A stretch of 64,000 bases of DNA from Candidatus Calditenuaceae archaeon HR02 (GTDB lineage Archaea > Thermoproteota > Nitrososphaeria_A > Caldarchaeales > Calditenuaceae): the NCBI GenBank assembly GCA_002898395.1, contig BEHE01000008.1, forward strand, positions 1 through 64,000. The letters run 5' to 3'. Within the stretch, counting starts at the first letter, position 1; each line of letters opens with the position of its first letter. This document shows positions 17,563-26,906 of this stretch, in pieces. The notes beneath the pieces were generated by a model, which worked only from the letters and a program-made list of their open reading frames with translations, did not search any database and had not been told where the DNA came from. The position numbers were made by a program, and so were the translations under genes.

Positions 17563-18689
17563 TTCTTAACCAGGATCGCCCATAGGGCAATGATCCATAT
17601 CACCGATACCACGAACTTAAGCCAGTACCGGATAGGATGATTTAAAGCAGCGAGCCCATGGATTATTGAGGGATATAAAAGATATAGTTGCTGTGGTATC
17701 GATAGGTTAAGACCCGCGAAGACTAAAGGAATTATCCAAAGCAACCGCGAAGGCAGTTTGCCGCACACGATGATAAAGAGCGACAAAATGATGAGAAGGT
17801 TTTGCTCCGAAACCCATGGGCGAAGGCTAAAGAACAGAGACGCAGAGACAAGACCTAGGCGGAATACACCTTCACTACCGGTCGGGAGAAGCTTAATCGC
17901 CAATATCACCATAACCATTAGAGACACCACCGAAACATATGATATAGGCTCAAGCCACGAGGGCATGGTAGATGTCCCGTAAACTGCTTCAACAAAGTTA
18001 AAAGGCGATATCCCACCAGCTGATCTAAACCAGTTAGGAAATCCATAGATAACAGTCCCTAACCTCCAGCCCAATAAGACGAAGGGTGTAAAAAACATTA
18101 GAACAGATGCTCCAAAAGCAATGAACATCTTTTTCTTCTCTTTCCACCAAGCGACTATGAATGACGGTGTCATTGAAAGTGCCAGCGGCTTAATCATGAC
18201 AGAAACAGCTCCCGACAGAGGGCCACAGAATCTATGCAACATGGTAATTGATATTACTGCGAGCAACACTGCCACATTATCAGGTTTTCCCCATACTGCA
18301 GATACTAGGAGAGTGAATGGATTGTAGAGGAAGAAGTAATGGTCGCCACCTCTTTTCATTGCAAGAAAGCTGAGAGCTATATTTGCCGTGATAATGGGTA
18401 TTTTTAGAATCAAGTTAAAGAGAAATAAGTTGCCTGCTGATACCAGGTATGCCAATCCTGCATAAAGGGCCCATAAAGGAGTTTCACCTAAACCCTGTAC
18501 GTACTGGCCGTATCCTATAGCCAACAATCCTTCTAAATATCCGCCCTCATAAGGGGACAAACCTAACACAACATTTCTTCCAGCTAGATAGTTTACACGG
18601 AAATCATATCCGTGAGCCAAAAAGAGGGCTAGAACCAGCTGAAGCAGAAAAGAGAAAAACACTTCACGCCTCATCAGGTAATTTAACAT
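17538..18689 (-). CDS. GT-C fold membrane glycosyltransferase (GT87/PIG-M-like)
   Basis: N-terminal HGYD, ETPLWA, ILKIP, FLYNP...SAVWGKPD, IKP and VSEQ; about 10 TM segments. Confidence 0.7.
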   Translation of the reverse strand: MLNYLMRREVFFSFLLQLVLALFLAHGYDFRVNYLAGRNVVLGLSPYEGGYLEGLLAIGYGQYVQGLGETPLWALYAGLAYLVSAGNLFLFNLILKIPIITANIALSFLAMKRGGDHYFFLYNPFTLLVSAVWGKPDNVAVLLAVISITMLHRFCGPLSGAVSVMIKPLALSMTPSFIVAWWKEKKKMFIAFGASVLMFFTPFVLLGWRLGTVIYGFPNWFRSAGGISPFNFVEAVYGTSTMPSWLEPISYVSVVSLMVMVILAIKLLPTGSEGVFRLGLVSASLFFSLRPWVSEQNLLIILSLFIIVCGKLPSRLLWIIPLVFAGLNLSIPQQLYLLYPSIIHGLAALNHPIRYWLKFVVSVIWIIALWAILVKKCPWRWWI

Positions 18690-19057
18690 CCCTGATAAAA
18701 CGTCAGAGCTGAAGTTAATCTTTCTCCCAAATCTTCAAAACCGTAAAATAAGCGTGATACACGCGCATCCTTGGCGAGCGACAAATTGGGTCATGCTGCA
18801 GCTGGCATGCACGTTAGCTGATTGATTGCGATAGTACTGGCGAAGCCATATCACACCACGGCACACATCCACATGAAAGCCCCCAATAACTCCGTTAGAA
18901 GTCACAGAAACACTATTGCGCTCTCCAGCTCAACATCATACCCGTAATACAGTCCTCTCGACATAGGTCTTAACCTTGGTTGTCCTGCGTCTCTGGTAAA
19001 AGGTATCGGCGAATTGCCATACACACGCTTTTAGTTATGCCTCACCAAATTCTGACT

Positions 19058-19342
19058 TTATACGTGCGAAAGATATACGAATATGCTGAAGCCAGCTAGG
19101 CCTAGAAGATTTAGCATCAGAAGTGGATAAGCGATTTCGACATCGTAACTCCAGGAGAGCATGTAGAACATGTATGCAGCGTAAGTATTTTGAAGTATGA
19201 AGATCGCTGTTAATGCGACAAGAGCGTTTGTAAACTTGGTCCTGGCAAGCCTTCTCGTTATTAAATAGTTTCTTAGCGAATATAAAAGACCTAAAACAAT
19301 CATAATAGATACTACAATATTAGTTATCCAGAGAGGTCCCAC
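19058..19342 (-). CDS. Small three-TM membrane protein coupled to ArsR regulator
   Basis: Three hydrophobic segments; overlaps the ArsR gene end. Confidence 0.7.
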   Translation of the reverse strand: MGPLWITNIVVSIMIVLGLLYSLRNYLITRRLARTKFTNALVALTAIFILQNTYAAYMFYMLSWSYDVEIAYPLLMLNLLGLAGFSIFVYLSHV

Positions 19343-19659
19343 ACCATATTCACCTTTTCTACTCTTTGCGAGAATATCTCTTCTATTAATGACTCGAAAA
19401 CATCCACGTTTTCAATGACGAGTGGGGACAGCCTATATTTCACGTCATATTTTATCCCATCGGCTTCGACCAGCTTATTCTCCAATAAAACCTCCAAATG
19501 ATATTGAACCGTTTTATAGTGGAGTCGAAGCGAGTTCGCTATCTGGTTAATGTTTGCTGGCCCATTTCGGAGAAGCATGAGTATTAGAAGACGTGTGGGT
19601 CCACCCCTCGTGCTTAGTAAGAGCCAGTGGAAAAGCCTCCTTATAGGTCTGTCAACCAT
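19324..19659 (-). CDS. ArsR-family winged-helix transcriptional regulator
   Basis: WLLLSTRGGPTRLLIL...NINQIANSLRLHYKTVQYHLEVL. Confidence 0.88.
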   Translation of the reverse strand: MVDRPIRRLFHWLLLSTRGGPTRLLILMLLRNGPANINQIANSLRLHYKTVQYHLEVLLENKLVEADGIKYDVKYRLSPLVIENVDVFESLIEEIFSQRVEKVNMVWDLSG

Positions 19660-20078
19660 CCTTAGCCACTAATTTGTATGACAATTTAAGCTTTTCTCTA
19701 CATGTTAAAGATGACATATCTTATACGCCAGGTACTTAAGACCAGGACTCCGTTATTACATACGCTATTATTTAACACTCGTCACATGTGTTCATCCGTG
19801 TATGCTCATTATAACTGCATTAATTGGTAGGGGAAGATCGTCGGAGCCCTACCTATAATACGTAGTAACTCTCTTACCTGCTACCCTGTTATCCACCATA
19901 CAGGTTAGCATAGTAGGCCATTAGGTTGGACCATCATTCCGCTGAAATATGGTTAGCTGATGTGTTTAACTAGCCGATCTAACGGACTTACACGATATTT
20001 ACCCATACAAACATGTGTGATGCCTAAAAGTTAGATCACGGAAAAAATTTATATTATAGAGTACGTGTTGGAAATCAA

Positions 20079-20528
20079 ATGAGACTTGGCAAAACTTTCA
20101 CTCTGGTAAGAGTTTTGTTAGTTCTATCCATTTTAGTGGGTTTTATTATTCTTGCATTCGATGGATTGTTATGGTTTGACAACCCAAAGACACACCATGC
20201 CACAGCATTGATTGCTTTTACAATCATCCAATTGTTTATTGTGGGTCTTCTGTTTTTCAAGCCACGTGTAGGTTTTAGGTTGACTTTTTACTGGTCTATG
20301 TTATATCTTATTATCCTTTTGCTTAATCCTCTCACGGCACCGGCTATAGGAATATCTGTAGAAGCTTTCGCCCTATATCTCTTAGGCATAACCCCAATAA
20401 CAAGCACTCCGCAGTTCGCCTGTCCATTTCTTTGCCCACCCTTCATCATCACATACGACCTGCTTATCATAATTCAAATAATTATCATCGCCACATTCCT
20501 TAGAACAAGGGGAAGGGGACTTCGCTGA
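20079..20528 (+). CDS. Hypothetical membrane protein
   Basis: Four TM segments, an HH pair and a CPFLCPP loop; TATA-like TTTATAT upstream at ~20048. Confidence 0.65.
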   Translation: MRLGKTFTLVRVLLVLSILVGFIILAFDGLLWFDNPKTHHATALIAFTIIQLFIVGLLFFKPRVGFRLTFYWSMLYLIILLLNPLTAPAIGISVEAFALYLLGITPITSTPQFACPFLCPPFIITYDLLIIIQIIIIATFLRTRGRGLR

Positions 20529-20774
20529 ATATGGGGGTCCTTTAGCTACTGATTCAGCATGTATATATGAGCCACTGCACCTAGCCCTACATAGCGTATA
20601 GGGTTTGGCCTCCCCTTGAAAAGGGGCGGAAGAAGCGCCTACATATGGACTATTACTGCTGCAAAAACTTGCGCCATAGGGATGAATTGTGAGTAGGAGA
20701 GCTCGCAGAGTGTGCTTAAACGTCCCCATTTGATACGATTGCCGGCGTGGGCCCGGGGTTCTCAAGTAGATTAA

Positions 20775-21053
20775 TTACCTGAAACGGTAGTTCATTTCCA
20801 GTTGCCGGTATAGTTCTTCGCTGCAGATAAAAGTGAACTGGGGAAGCCCTTCCACCTTAATTTTCCCGTCAATCACGATGGTTGGGACACATCTTATACC
20901 GTATTCACGGATCTTCTCCCGGATTGAAGCATATTGTGTTGTCAGCTCGTATATATCGAGTCTGCATCCAGCACATTTACCCACCTCTAACATATTCCGC
21001 ACCCTCTCACATAAAGGACAATCACTAACAAAGAGTTCAATGTGGTGAGGCAT
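20775..21053 (-). CDS. Thioredoxin/glutaredoxin-like protein
   Basis: CPLC active site, a second CAGC, and the cis-Pro motif VPTIVIDGK; ATG at 21053 is the likely start. Confidence 0.8.
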   Translation of the reverse strand: MPHHIELFVSDCPLCERVRNMLEVGKCAGCRLDIYELTTQYASIREKIREYGIRCVPTIVIDGKIKVEGLPQFTFICSEELYRQLEMNYRFR

Positions 21054-21129
21054 ACACAACCCATATAATGGAGCCATATAACTTTTAAGAATTTACATAG
21101 AAAAAGGTAATCCTCGAGCCCTGGATCGC

Positions 21130-22158
21130 TTATCGTAATGGAGGTGGCTGTGTTATGTGGATGACTGGCTTGGGCTTGTAGGGCTCCTCCAGGTATCTGG
21201 TCTCTTCGTCTGTGAGCTTGATTTCAAGCGATTCAACAGCTTCTTCAAGGTGCTCTATTTTGCTTGTCCCTATTATGATAGATGTTACGTCTTTGCGGAG
21301 AAGCCAGGCTAGTGCTATCTGGCTTGGCTTGACGCCTTTACTCTCAGCTATTTCAATGACTCTCCCAACTATTTCCGCATTCTCTGGCGGCTCGATGTAT
21401 GCCCTGTAGGCGTAGAAGCCTGTCTCGGGTTTCAGGCGGTCAGGCGCATCCGGACCTACTATAAGCCTTCCATCCCTATAGAATCTGCCTGAGAGGACGC
21501 CCACCGCAGTTGGGCTATACACCATGTATCCAATGTTGTGTGCCTTGCAGAAGGGAATCATTTCTCGTTCTTCCTCCCTGTAGAGGAGGTTGTAGGGTGT
21601 TTGGGTGCTTGTGAATTTCTCATAACCCTTATGCTCAGCGATGAAGAAGGCTTTAGCGAACTGCCACGTCCACATACTTGACCCACCGATGTATCTTACG
21701 AAACCCTGTCTCACAAGGTCTGTGAAGGCTGCGAGGGTCTCCTCAATCGGCGTCTCCGGGTCCCACCTATGTGTTTGGTAGAGGTCCACATAGTCGGTCT
21801 TAAGTCTGCGGAGGGAGTCCTTTACCTGCTTCATAATGTGTTTCCTCGACAATCCCCTGTCATTTGGCTTGTCGCTCATTGGGAAGAAGACCTTCGTCGC
21901 AACTACTGCGTCATCTCTCCTGCCCTGGAGGAATTCGCCGAGGATCTCTTCAGACAGGCCAGCGGAGTAGACGTTTGCAGTGTCGTAGAAGTTTATCCCT
22001 AAGTCCCACGACCTGTTCAGCACTTTGAGTGCCTCCTCTTTACCTACAATCCATCCACCACCCCCCATCGGCTGACGCCTAGGATCGCCGAACGACATAC
22101 AGCCCATACATATTCTAGAGACCTTAAGCCCAGACCAGCCCAGACGAACGTACTCCAC
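21130..22158 (-). CDS. Aldo/keto reductase
   Basis: GLKVSRICMG, DTANVY, VATK, SLRRLKTDYVDLYQTH and IIGTS. Confidence 0.95.
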   Translation of the reverse strand: MEYVRLGWSGLKVSRICMGCMSFGDPRRQPMGGGGWIVGKEEALKVLNRSWDLGINFYDTANVYSAGLSEEILGEFLQGRRDDAVVATKVFFPMSDKPNDRGLSRKHIMKQVKDSLRRLKTDYVDLYQTHRWDPETPIEETLAAFTDLVRQGFVRYIGGSSMWTWQFAKAFFIAEHKGYEKFTSTQTPYNLLYREEEREMIPFCKAHNIGYMVYSPTAVGVLSGRFYRDGRLIVGPDAPDRLKPETGFYAYRAYIEPPENAEIVGRVIEIAESKGVKPSQIALAWLLRKDVTSIIIGTSKIEHLEEAVESLEIKLTDEETRYLEEPYKPKPVIHITQPPPLR

Positions 22159-22327
22159 GCCTATGAGTCCGGCTTATGCCGCTAATAAAGATTTACGCAC
22201 CTAGGCACAATTCTACAAACACATGCATTACTATAATGAGTGTGGGCTAGACAATGGGTGGTCACGCTGTTTATGCAATATGGGTGGAGGAGGATTTATC
22301 ACTGGCCCTTAAGGCCCTGTTCTAGGC

Positions 22328-23365
22328 TTGGATAGGATTGGGTTTGCCGTAGTGGGGGCGGGAGTTATCGGGCAGGTCCATGCGAAAAACGTCTCGATGC
22401 TTGAGAGTTGCAAGCTTGTCGCTGTGGCAGACCAGGTTAGAAAGAGGGCTGAGCTGGTTGGGCAGAAGTTTGGCGCTAAAGCTTACACATCGATAGACGA
22501 GGTGGTTAAAGACCCTGAGGTCGAGGCTGTGGTGATTGCTACGCCTTCCTACCTTCACGCACCCCAGACACTCTACGCGCTCCAATATGGTAAACACGTT
22601 TTGGTGGAGAAGCCAATGGCCACGACGCTGAGGGGGGCGCGCCTGATCTCTGAGAGCGCCAAGAATGCTGGGCTTAGGTTAGGTGTGGTTTTTCAGGAAA
22701 GGTATCTGGAGACGGTTAGGCAGCTTAAGGAGTTGGTCTCAGACGGTGGTCTGGGGAAAGTTTACCTAATTGAGGCTGAACTTAAGTGGTGGAGAGGTGA
22801 GAGCGATTATTACAGGAGTGACGAGATTGCAAGGAGTTGGAGGGGGTATTGGGAGACGGAGGGTGGCGGGGTCTTGATGAACCAGGCAATACACACGCTA
22901 GACTTGGTCCTCTGGCTAGGTGGAGAGGTGGAGGAGGTTTCGGGATACATCTCCAACGCGTCACATCCTTCGGTAGAGGTGGAGGATGTAGCCACGGCGG
23001 CAATAAGATTCAGAAGCGGGGCCCTCGGAACAATCTCAGCCACAGTGAACATACGGCCGACAAACAGGCAGTATAGAAAGATACGAGTGCTAGGCACGAA
23101 CGGGTTTGCAGAGATACACGACCTCTCGCTTAGAATCTCGACGGAGGAGGGCGAAGTACAAGTCGATGGCAGCGGAGTAGTATTTGGAGACCTCCACAGG
23201 GCACTCTTAGCGGACTTCGCCGACTGTATCAGGGGTGAGAGAGAGTTTCCAGTGAATGGTGATGAGGGTATTAAAAGCCTTGAGTTGGTCAAGGCAATTT
23301 ATCTGAGCTCCGAGAGGGGTGTGAAGGTATCTCTGCCGCTCAGGTGGGGTGATGGACTTCTTTGA
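22328..23365 (+). CDS. Gfo/Idh/MocA-family oxidoreductase
   Basis: GAGVIG, IATPSYLH, HVLVEKP and GGGVLMNQAIHTLD. Confidence 0.93.
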   Translation: MDRIGFAVVGAGVIGQVHAKNVSMLESCKLVAVADQVRKRAELVGQKFGAKAYTSIDEVVKDPEVEAVVIATPSYLHAPQTLYALQYGKHVLVEKPMATTLRGARLISESAKNAGLRLGVVFQERYLETVRQLKELVSDGGLGKVYLIEAELKWWRGESDYYRSDEIARSWRGYWETEGGGVLMNQAIHTLDLVLWLGGEVEEVSGYISNASHPSVEVEDVATAAIRFRSGALGTISATVNIRPTNRQYRKIRVLGTNGFAEIHDLSLRISTEEGEVQVDGSGVVFGDLHRALLADFADCIRGEREFPVNGDEGIKSLELVKAIYLSSERGVKVSLPLRWGDGLL

Positions 23366-24135
23366 GGCTGTGTTTTACTAGCTTGGCTTATCCTGAGCTG
23401 GCTTTGGCCGAGGTTTTGGAGCGGGCGGTCATAATGGGTTTCGACGGCGTCGAACTAAGGGTGGCTGAGGACGGGATTCACTTGAGTCCTGTCTCACCTA
23501 TCCCGCGCCAACAGATAGAGTTCCTAGAGTCCTACAACCTGCCAGTCCCGGTCCTCTCAAGCTATCTCAGACTCTCCGAGATGCAGGGCGGCGACAGGAC
23601 TCCGGCCGCCTCGCTCGCGAATAATTTGGTCAAACTGGCCGCAGAGATTGGTGCATCAGGCCTAAGGGTTTATGGAGGCGAGTTTCCGAAGAGTCCTGAG
23701 CGCGTTATAAATGGCTACAAGCGGCTGGTCAGGATAGCGGAAGACTATGACGTAAAAATAATGATTGAGACCCATGACCACCTTGCAGAGACTTCTAACA
23801 TCGCGAAGCTGTTGGGCCTCTCGGATGAGCCAATATTTCTCTACGATCCAGCCAACATAATCTTGGCCGGCGGTTCACATGGTGAGGCATTCAAACTGTT
23901 GAAGGGGCGGATATGGCATGTGCACTTGAAGGACTTTGTTGCGAGTGAGGGTAGGAGATTTTTTACGCCTCCCGGCGAGGGTGTTGTCCCCCTCCCAGAA
24001 ATCGTCTCTGATCTCAAGCAGTCGGGGTATGTGGGCTATCTCTCCGTGGAGTGGGAGAGGTTCTGGCACAGAGACTTGGTGAGCGGAGACATTATACTTC
24101 CCCTCTATCGCGATTATCTGAGGCGGCTTATATGA
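23362..24135 (+). CDS. Sugar phosphate isomerase/epimerase (xylose isomerase-like TIM barrel)
   Basis: GFDGVEL, IETHD, YDPAN, HVHLKD and LSVEWE. Confidence 0.88.
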   Translation: MRLCFTSLAYPELALAEVLERAVIMGFDGVELRVAEDGIHLSPVSPIPRQQIEFLESYNLPVPVLSSYLRLSEMQGGDRTPAASLANNLVKLAAEIGASGLRVYGGEFPKSPERVINGYKRLVRIAEDYDVKIMIETHDHLAETSNIAKLLGLSDEPIFLYDPANIILAGGSHGEAFKLLKGRIWHVHLKDFVASEGRRFFTPPGEGVVPLPEIVSDLKQSGYVGYLSVEWERFWHRDLVSGDIILPLYRDYLRRLI

Positions 24136-24941
24136 AGCTCGGAATAATCTCTGACGAGATATCGCAGGACCCGAATCACGCATTCAGGGTAGCGAAGCGC
24201 CTCGGGGCGACACAGGTCGAGATACGCGACGTCTGGGGTAAAAATGTCTGCGTATTAGGCGACAACGAAGTCCTCGAGCTTAAGAAGATTGCCCAAACGC
24301 ATGGGCTCGAGATATCCAATATAGATTCCTATGCCTTCAAAATCTACATTGATGACAAAGATGGCCATGCTCAGAGCCTAAGGATCCTGAGGAGGGCGAT
24401 AGAGCTCACAAAGCTGCTCGATCTTAGTTTCACGAGGATATTCACCTTTTGGTGGCAGGGAGGGCTGACCAAGCATCTTGACCGTATTGCTGACCTTCTC
24501 AGCCCGGCTCTAGACATCGCCTCCGACGAAGGCGTCGTACTGGCGGTTGAGAACGAGTATAGCTGCATGGTCGGGACAGGGTGTGAGACTAGGGTTCTCC
24601 TTGATGCGGTTAAGAGCCAGTGGCTGAAAGTTCTATGGGACCCCGGCAATGCATTTTTCGCCCGAGAAAACCCATACCCAGACGGCTACACCCAAGTGAA
24701 AGAAAATATAATCCATGTACACTTAAAGGACGCCTGTGTAGAGAATGGCTCCTTCAAGTTCAAGCCAATAGGCTCAGGCATGATAGACTATAAAGGACAG
24801 CTACGGGAATTAGCCTCAAGCTTCAGAGGCGTGGTTTCCCTCGAGACACACTATATTCCACCGGGCAGGACAAGGGAGGATGGCACAATTGAGTCTTTCA
24901 ATGGTCTTCTAAGCATCCTTTCCAGACTAAAATATGTCTGA
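24132..24941 (+). CDS. Second sugar phosphate isomerase/epimerase TIM barrel
   Basis: MKLGIISDEI, LAVENE, WDPGN, HVHLKD and SLETH; ATG at 24132 overlaps the upstream stop (ATGA). Confidence 0.88.
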   Translation: MKLGIISDEISQDPNHAFRVAKRLGATQVEIRDVWGKNVCVLGDNEVLELKKIAQTHGLEISNIDSYAFKIYIDDKDGHAQSLRILRRAIELTKLLDLSFTRIFTFWWQGGLTKHLDRIADLLSPALDIASDEGVVLAVENEYSCMVGTGCETRVLLDAVKSQWLKVLWDPGNAFFARENPYPDGYTQVKENIIHVHLKDACVENGSFKFKPIGSGMIDYKGQLRELASSFRGVVSLETHYIPPGRTREDGTIESFNGLLSILSRLKYV

Positions 24942-24944
24942 TTA

Positions 24945-26171
24945 CTATTTTCTTAGGAGGAGCTGTCTAAGCCCATCTAGGTATGCCTCCCTGTCCTCAG
25001 ATCCTCTGCCCCTAAGTGGCCTCCGAGCCGCATAGCACGCTGCGCCTATGGCGTAGATCGGTTCAACACCATTCGCCAAAAAGGCTGCCGAGAGGGATGT
25101 GGCAACGCCTAGGATATATCTGGAGCTGACTGGTGGCTCTATCCAGTTGGACTTCAGGTAAACACCGTCCGAGATAGAGTCCCAGCCGCCCACTAGATAG
25201 ACGGGTTTTCCAATGGTTTTCGCGAGATCCGCCGCATCCCCTCCAACCTGCTCTTGGATTGGCTTTACTAGGGCGCTGAGGCTTCCAAAACTCTCTGCAA
25301 CTCCATAACCCACCAAGAGACCGTCCACCGTCACAGTTAACCCCCCGCCCAGCATCTCCACCCTTGGCTCCACTCCGAGTATTCTCAAGACCTCAGCCGC
25401 CCCCCGAGCCTCCTCAGCTCCACCCCTTATACTCGCCGACACGGGCCGCCTCAGCCTTGACAGGGAGTAGGCTAGGTCGCCAGGGCCAGCGATGGCCTCG
25501 GCGTCTGGTGGCGCACCTATGGGCTCGATATAGGTTTTGCCGGCCAGTTCCCGTTGAAGCGTCATGAACGGTTTAGCTCCGTGAAGTGTGATCGTGACAC
25601 TAGGTCTGACAGTGGTGGTGTATTTTCCCGTGTCGGGGTCCATACCGGATGGGACGTCTATCGAGAAAACCTTCGCAGGGGGTGAATTGATGAAGTTGAT
25701 GGCTGTTTTGTATGGCTCTCTGATCTCCCCTCGGATGCCGGTTCCGAATATACCGTCTATTATGATGTCGGCCTCCCTGAAGAGTTGCTGGAGCCTATAT
25801 AGGGCCTCAAGCGTGTCTGAAACATAATAGTCGACGCTCCTCCTCATTCTACTAATTGCCTCCCAGTTAGCTGCAGCTTCAGGTGTCCTGATCTGGTCCG
25901 GCCTAGCCAGTAAGATAACAGATAGTCTAGCTACCTTGCCAGCCAGGTGTCGCGCTGCAACCAAAGCATCCCCACCATTATTCCCGGGACCGGCAACGAC
26001 GAGTACTTTAGCCGATGTGAGGTCCGGCACCTCCATAGCCAACACCCTAGCCACCGCAGCCCCCGCATTCTCCATGAGGAGTCTCCTATCGACGCCGAGG
26101 TATGCAGAGTTCTCGTCTACGATTCCAATCTCGTAGCTCCTGTATTGGCGTCTCTCTCCCATAAACTTCAC
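24945..26171 (-). CDS. nnrE: NAD(P)H-hydrate epimerase (YjeF-N) with a degenerate dehydratase-like C-terminal domain
   Basis: LMENAG, GPGNNGGD, DGIFGTG and IDVPSG; the C-terminal half is short and lacks GxGD. Confidence 0.88.
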   Translation of the reverse strand: MKFMGERRQYRSYEIGIVDENSAYLGVDRRLLMENAGAAVARVLAMEVPDLTSAKVLVVAGPGNNGGDALVAARHLAGKVARLSVILLARPDQIRTPEAAANWEAISRMRRSVDYYVSDTLEALYRLQQLFREADIIIDGIFGTGIRGEIREPYKTAINFINSPPAKVFSIDVPSGMDPDTGKYTTTVRPSVTITLHGAKPFMTLQRELAGKTYIEPIGAPPDAEAIAGPGDLAYSLSRLRRPVSASIRGGAEEARGAAEVLRILGVEPRVEMLGGGLTVTVDGLLVGYGVAESFGSLSALVKPIQEQVGGDAADLAKTIGKPVYLVGGWDSISDGVYLKSNWIEPPVSSRYILGVATSLSAAFLANGVEPIYAIGAACYAARRPLRGRGSEDREAYLDGLRQLLLRK

Positions 26172-26216
26172 ATGGGTTCGGCAGGGTCTAAAACTTATTC
26201 GCGGGCAGGGGCCCTA

Positions 26217-26906
26217 TTAATTTTGACCCGTAGGGTTGGCTCTTGCTTTGTTCCGTCTTAGGGAGAGTATTTCTACAAGATTCGCTAGGACCGCCCTAAT
26301 CCCGCCCTTCTCGAGGTGGTTCGCCAGTAGCTCCCAGTCGACCCTTAAGATTATGACGGTTATGGCCACCAGCACGGATATTGAGATGATGGTTGCGCCG
26401 AAACCTCCGTTTAGGAGTATATCTAACGCCTCCATGTATGTCCGTCCAAGATATGCGACAAAGATCGCTAGGAGCACCTTGCCCGCAGTGCTGTAGGCCA
26501 TGAACTTTGTGAAGGAGTATCTCGTCATGCCAATAGGGATGTAATAAACGTCGTCGGGGAGCGGTGTAAGGGCGAAGATGAAGACCCCGATGGCACCATA
26601 CCTCCCAATCAGCCTGTTGAGCGCATCTATACTCCGCTTCCTCTCTTGCCCGAGAAACCTGTATCCCACTCTTCCGAGGAGATAGGATGTAATCTTCCCA
26701 AGCGCTCCACCAAGCCCCGAGACTAGCCCGAGCATAAGAGGGTCGAGTATTCCTGAGAGAATGACTACTACGAAGAGGTAGGGGAGGGGGAGAAACGGAA
26801 TCGCACTCCCAACCAATGAAAGTAGGAAGACACCTGGATACCCGCTTTTAACCGCGAAGATTTCAAGCTGCCTGAAGAGGTCGTTCAGCGCTGAGAAGTC
26901 AGACAC
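26217..26906 (-). CDS. DedA/VTT-domain membrane protein
   Basis: GGALGKITSYLLGR and FALTPLPDD. Confidence 0.88.
   Translation of the reverse strand: MSDFSALNDLFRQLEIFAVKSGYPGVFLLSLVGSAIPFLPLPYLFVVVILSGILDPLMLGLVSGLGGALGKITSYLLGRVGYRFLGQERKRSIDALNRLIGRYGAIGVFIFALTPLPDDVYYIPIGMTRYSFTKFMAYSTAGKVLLAIFVAYLGRTYMEALDILLNGGFGATIISISVLVAITVIILRVDWELLANHLEKGGIRAVLANLVEILSLRRNKARANPTGQN

Noticed and set aside
20741-20762. Possible attR copy of the tRNA-Arg 3' end (GGGCCCG)
   Set aside because: Only about 7 nt match and no integrase is visible, so site-specific integration is unsupported.
24051-24131. N-terminal extensions given by the ORF track (also at 44890-44982 and 53378-53485)
   Set aside because: They overlap neighbouring genes or promoters, and downstream ATGs match family-typical starts.
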